From assembly GCA_964583885.1 (NCBI GenBank), contig CAZOXR010000002.1, positions 1 to 25,841 of the forward strand: a DNA stretch of 25,841 nucleotides, given 5' to 3'. Under the pieces are notes generated by a model that was not told where the DNA came from, did no database searches, and saw only the letters and a list, made by a program, of their open reading frames with translations. The DNA is from an uncultured Methanosarcinales archaeon. Lineage in GTDB: Archaea; Nanobdellota; Nanobdellia; Woesearchaeales; CAZOXR01. Made by a program: the position numbers and the translations under genes. Shown here in pieces: positions 22,458-25,841 of this stretch (its first letter is position 1; the number at the start of each line of letters is the position of its first letter).

Positions 22458-22486
22458 CAAAAATTAGAAAAAAAATAAGAAAATAT
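22458..22486 (-). terminator. Possible oligo-U archaeal terminator after the TM-JAMM gene
   Basis: A run of U-rich tracts on the minus strand immediately after the stop at 22495. Confidence 0.35.
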
Positions 22487-22494
22487 ATCATATC

Positions 22495-23826
22495 TTACCT
22501 GACTTCCCACTTGATTGCACGAAAATCAAGAGCTTCGTGTTCCCCAGGCATAACTAGGATATAAATTCCAGTATCACAATGAATGGCATTAATAATGGGC
22601 TCAGGGTTTTTCATTTCCCCCCACGAGAATATATCATCTTGTGATGGTTTACAATCCCCATTAATGTGGGAATGAATCGAACCCAATGAATTCTCTGTTT
22701 GGCAAGCAGGATCCTCATGTGAGATTACAACATCTTCTCCCTGGTGGAATAATTCTGGTGCTATTAGGTCATTGACATATATCTCATTATTAATTTTATC
22801 TCCAATCAAGCAAAAAAGATACTCCCCTTTATTTGCAGAGTATTCATTGTTTAACTTATCTAAGACTTCTTTTGTGAAAATAACAGACGTATCATCTCTA
22901 TACACCATAATAAAATCAGATTCTTCTACTTCCTTTACTTGGGGAGCAAAATAGTGGGTAATAAAAGAAAAAAGCAGATAGAGTGTTAGCAGTAATATGG
23001 TAATTGCGATGATTGTTATAAGGAATACCCTTCTGCTTTTCTTTTCCTGTTTCTCAATACCTGCAGTAGATCTTAAGAAATCTTTCATTAGCTGATTCTG
23101 ATAGAAAAACCCATAGCCTAATACTATGTAAGTTGAAAGCCAAAAGATTTCAATGATATCACCAGAAAGATAGGAACTGAAATTAAAAGCAAAGTAAACA
23201 TCAAAAATAAATACCGGTATAAAGGCAATTGCGATTATTAACCACCCAATAGATAAAGAACCTTTTTTAAATGCCAAAGAAGTCTTTACTAAAAGGAAAA
23301 TCCCAAAAAGAAGAACAAAATCAGCCACAATGTACCCATTATTAAGCACATTCTCTAATAGTGATGCTCCTCCGAAAACGACTGGAATAATATTCAGATA
23401 GATAATAGCGAAAATTAAAAATATTATAAATAAATAAATAAATTTCTTTCTCTGTTTTCTTAATTCTGGATCTGAAATAGAAGAAACACTAAAAAAAGCC
23501 AATATTAAGGGAATATACCCTAAAAACCTTAATAACTCAGAGTAATAGCGTACAGATTGGGAGAATATAATCCAGATTAATTCTGCCAGAAACCAGCTTG
23601 CAATTCCCAATACTATTAAAAATAATGTTTTTCCTTGCAAACTTTTTAATGAGTATATCCTTACAGCATATATTCCTAATACTGCTGCTGAAAAAGAATA
23701 AAAAACAGCTAAAAAGTCGGTTAAGAAAATATAGTTATCACCACCAAATCTTGTAAGATACATTACAATGGTAGCTAACAAAACTATGGCCATTACAATA
23801 AAACCTTTCTTATTATTATCTATCAT
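22495..23826 (-). CDS. Polytopic membrane protein (~9 TM, sensor-like) fused to a C-terminal JAB/MPN+ (JAMM) metalloprotease domain
   Basis: About nine hydrophobic segments in aa 1-295. C-terminal GEYLFCLIG (Glu) and HSH-INGDCKP-S-QD-D give an exact E...HxH-x7-S-x2-D JAMM motif. Confidence 0.8.
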   Translation of the reverse strand: MIDNNKKGFIVMAIVLLATIVMYLTRFGGDNYIFLTDFLAVFYSFSAAVLGIYAVRIYSLKSLQGKTLFLIVLGIASWFLAELIWIIFSQSVRYYSELLRFLGYIPLILAFFSVSSISDPELRKQRKKFIYLFIIFLIFAIIYLNIIPVVFGGASLLENVLNNGYIVADFVLLFGIFLLVKTSLAFKKGSLSIGWLIIAIAFIPVFIFDVYFAFNFSSYLSGDIIEIFWLSTYIVLGYGFFYQNQLMKDFLRSTAGIEKQEKKSRRVFLITIIAITILLLTLYLLFSFITHYFAPQVKEVEESDFIMVYRDDTSVIFTKEVLDKLNNEYSANKGEYLFCLIGDKINNEIYVNDLIAPELFHQGEDVVISHEDPACQTENSLGSIHSHINGDCKPSQDDIFSWGEMKNPEPIINAIHCDTGIYILVMPGEHEALDFRAIKWEVR

Positions 23827-24569
23827 TTTGCTTTAACATACTTTCCGTATAACTCCCTTGTCTGTTTCTTTGCATTTTCAGGTCCAACTAATTTTGATAA
23901 AATAGTTTCGAATTCGTTTAAAAGTAATTCTGGTTTTTTTTCACGGGATTTCTTTATTATCTTACCTGCGTTTGCTCCAAACAAATTCTCCATTAGCTTG
24001 ACAGCCTCTCCTTTAGCCAGGGACACTTTAGCTCCCAAGTTAGTTACTTTATCTACAAGCATTTCTATTTGTCCAACAACCTTTTTCCCATAATCATTTT
24101 CCAACAGCAAAAAGAATATCTTTTTCTTATTGACCCTTGCAAACATTATCAGGTCTTGGATATATCTGTACATAATTGGGTGGTTGCCATACAGGAGGAT
24201 GTTAGATAAAGAATCAAAAATAATACCATCAACACCAGCATTCAAAGCTTTTTTTGCTGCTATATTGATTTCAGTATATGCTTGAGGAGAAGACACATAT
24301 ACTACATTGCCCTTTTCTTTGGACTTGCCTTCTTTTTGTGAGACACAATCTATAAATAAAATCTTATCTATGTCTATCTTCTTTTTCTTTAAATCTTTTG
24401 AGAAATTGCTATAGCTCTTGTCCAAAGATATTAAACCAAATTTTTTCCCCTTCTTCTTCAAATGTAGAGAAATTATTTTTTCTAGAAAGGAAGCACGTTT
24501 GTTAGGGGAAGAAACAAAAAGAACAATGTCATTTTCCATGCTCTTTTTAATAGTTGACTCGACTTTCAT
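23823..24569 (-). CDS. Inactive KaiC/RecA-fold ATPase-like protein with a small helical C-terminal domain
   Basis: RecA-fold strands (ISLDKSY, ILFIDCVS, IIFDSLSNILLY, MLVDKV) but no GxxGxGKT; ATGA overlap with the TM-JAMM gene. Confidence 0.7.
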   Translation of the reverse strand: MKVESTIKKSMENDIVLFVSSPNKRASFLEKIISLHLKKKGKKFGLISLDKSYSNFSKDLKKKKIDIDKILFIDCVSQKEGKSKEKGNVVYVSSPQAYTEINIAAKKALNAGVDGIIFDSLSNILLYGNHPIMYRYIQDLIMFARVNKKKIFFLLLENDYGKKVVGQIEMLVDKVTNLGAKVSLAKGEAVKLMENLFGANAGKIIKKSREKKPELLLNEFETILSKLVGPENAKKQTRELYGKYVKAK

Positions 24570-24615
24570 AGGATTATTCCAAGGATATTAAAATTGTCAA
24601 ATTCTTTAATGAAAT

Positions 24616-25806
24616 TTATCCTTTTTTCCCAATTTCACCATATATTTCCTGTTCTGGATAAACCTCTATACCATCATCAGTTATCTGCATAGCAACTATC
24701 TTTTTTTGGTGTTTTGCTCCTCTAAGCTTTAATACCTCAATTGCGCTTTCCCTTATATTTCCTCTTTGTATGTTGTACAAAACAACTACACCATCTGCTA
24801 AAAACTCCTCTACACCTGATTCTGTTAGTTTAACAGGGATTTCAGTTGATTCTGTTATTAAAAATGAAGTGGCGCCTAATTCTTCAAAAAGCCTGAATAA
24901 CTGTTCAATGTATATTCTATAGGTCTCTTCTTTTCCAACAAATGCTGCTGCAATAGCAGATAAAGAATCCAGAATAACCCTGTCTGGCTTAAAATTGCCA
25001 GGAAATAAAACAGGTTTAACATCAATTAATAGCTCACCTTTTGCCTTTTCCAGCAAAGCTTCAACCTGCCTTGTTATAGCGAATGGGTCATATTTTTGGA
25101 TTACTAGTTTGCCCTCTCTTTCTAATTTGTCAGGATTCCAATTAAAATCACGCATATGCTCCTTTAATCTTGTTATCGATTCTTCAAATGTCATATAGAG
25201 GCATTTTTCTCCATTAATGGCACCATAGTTTAATGTTTGTAAACCAAATATTGTTTTTCCAGAACCAGGACCTCCGCAAAGTAATGTAGATGTACCTTTT
25301 GGGACTCCTTTTTCCAATAATTTATCAAAACCAGGAATTCCTATTTTCATCCACGTATTTTTTTTCTGCTTTTCTGGATGTTTGCTCTTTGTTATTATCT
25401 TTTTAATAACCTCTCTCTGTTCCTCAATCTGTTCTTCGTGCTCTTTTTTTGGCTGTTCAGCTATTTGTTGAACACTTTCAGTGTGTTCTTTTCGCTCCTC
25501 ACCCTCTTTTTCGACATCTTTTTTTGCGTGTTTAGTTGCCTTAATGACCCCTTTTATGAATCCCTGAATGCGCTTTTTTTGTTTCTTGATATGTTTTTTA
25601 TGCTCTTCCTTTTTTGGATGCTTTGCTTTTTTTATTATCTGCTTTTTTTCTTTCTTTGCTGGCTTCTTGTGCTTCTTGGTTTTTTTAACAATACCTTTTA
25701 AGAACTTACCAATAAAGTCTTTCTGCTTCTTTTTATGCTCTTTCTTTTTTGGATGTTTGGCTTTTTTTATGACGTGTTTTCTTTTTTTCTTTGTTTGTTT
25801 TTTATG
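24616..25806 (-). CDS. Single-domain KaiC-like (RecA superfamily) ATPase with a long Lys-rich N-terminal extension
   Basis: Walker A GGPGSGKT, MTFEE, Walker B VILDSLS, EEFLADGVV, EVLKLRG. The frame stays open 152 codons upstream of ATG 25350 to a TAA at 25807-25809 (...KHPEKQKKNTW-MKIGIPGFD); the same repeat continues beyond that TAA to the window edge. True start undetermined. Confidence 0.8.
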   Translation of the reverse strand, partial: HKKQTKKKRKHVIKKAKHPKKKEHKKKQKDFIGKFLKGIVKKTKKHKKPAKKEKKQIIKKAKHPKKEEHKKHIKKQKKRIQGFIKGVIKATKHAKKDVEKEGEERKEHTESVQQIAEQPKKEHEEQIEEQREVIKKIITKSKHPEKQKKNTWMKIGIPGFDKLLEKGVPKGTSTLLCGGPGSGKTIFGLQTLNYGAINGEKCLYMTFEESITRLKEHMRDFNWNPDKLEREGKLVIQKYDPFAITRQVEALLEKAKGELLIDVKPVLFPGNFKPDRVILDSLSAIAAAFVGKEETYRIYIEQLFRLFEELGATSFLITESTEIPVKLTESGVEEFLADGVVVLYNIQRGNIRESAIEVLKLRGAKHQKKIVAMQITDDGIEVYPEQEIYGEIGKKG

Positions 25807-25839
25807 TTAGTTTTTTTTATTATTTATTCCTTTAATGAA
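25420..25839 (-). repeat. Lys-rich coding repeats (45-48 aa period) in the KaiC N-terminal extension
   Basis: Units start FIKGI (25839), FLKGI (25704) and FIKGV (25560); IKKAKHPKK.EHKK occurs twice plus ITKSKHPEK; 39 of the first 82 residues after the TAA are Lys. Confidence 0.8.
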
Positions 25840-25841
25840 TC

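Noticed and set aside
24616-25350. True circadian KaiC clock
   Set aside because: Single ATPase domain, no ST phosphosite motif and no kaiA/kaiB in the window.
25378-25810. Two hydrophobic plus-strand ORFs resembling membrane proteins
   Set aside because: Antisense shadows of the Lys-rich KaiC extension.

Overview
AT-rich archaeal DNA, inferred to be DPANN (Woesearchaeota-like) from TATA-box promoters, Lys-rich small proteins, KaiC-like and MinD ATPases and giant sequon-rich surface proteins. All genes except the first are on the minus strand. In transcription order: (i) a signalling-type cassette of a KaiC-like ATPase with a Lys-rich repeat N-terminal extension missed by the ORF track, an inactive RecA/KaiC-fold paralog, and a ~9-TM membrane protein fused to an intact JAMM/MPN+ metalloprotease domain; (ii) a small wHTH regulator with a candidate operator; (iii) ~15.4 kb of surface-protein coding sequence (a 3xLamG ORF plus a >3500-aa repeat-module ORF) that looks like one ~5100-aa gene broken by a frameshift exactly at the edge of a perfect 590-bp direct repeat, ending in a TM helix and a ~600-aa cytoplasmic E/K/R coiled coil, with minD 1 nt downstream; (iv) a surface Lon-type (S16) protease split by one in-frame TAA; (v) a degenerate TtuA-like protein, a PLD lipoprotein, a PfkB kinase and yggS. 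The 3' part of a Cys-rich membrane protein enters from the left on the plus strand. No rRNA, tRNA, CRISPR array or mobile element was recognised. Several reading-frame lesions may be assembly errors and need read-level checks. All family assignments are by motif recognition; no database searches were run.
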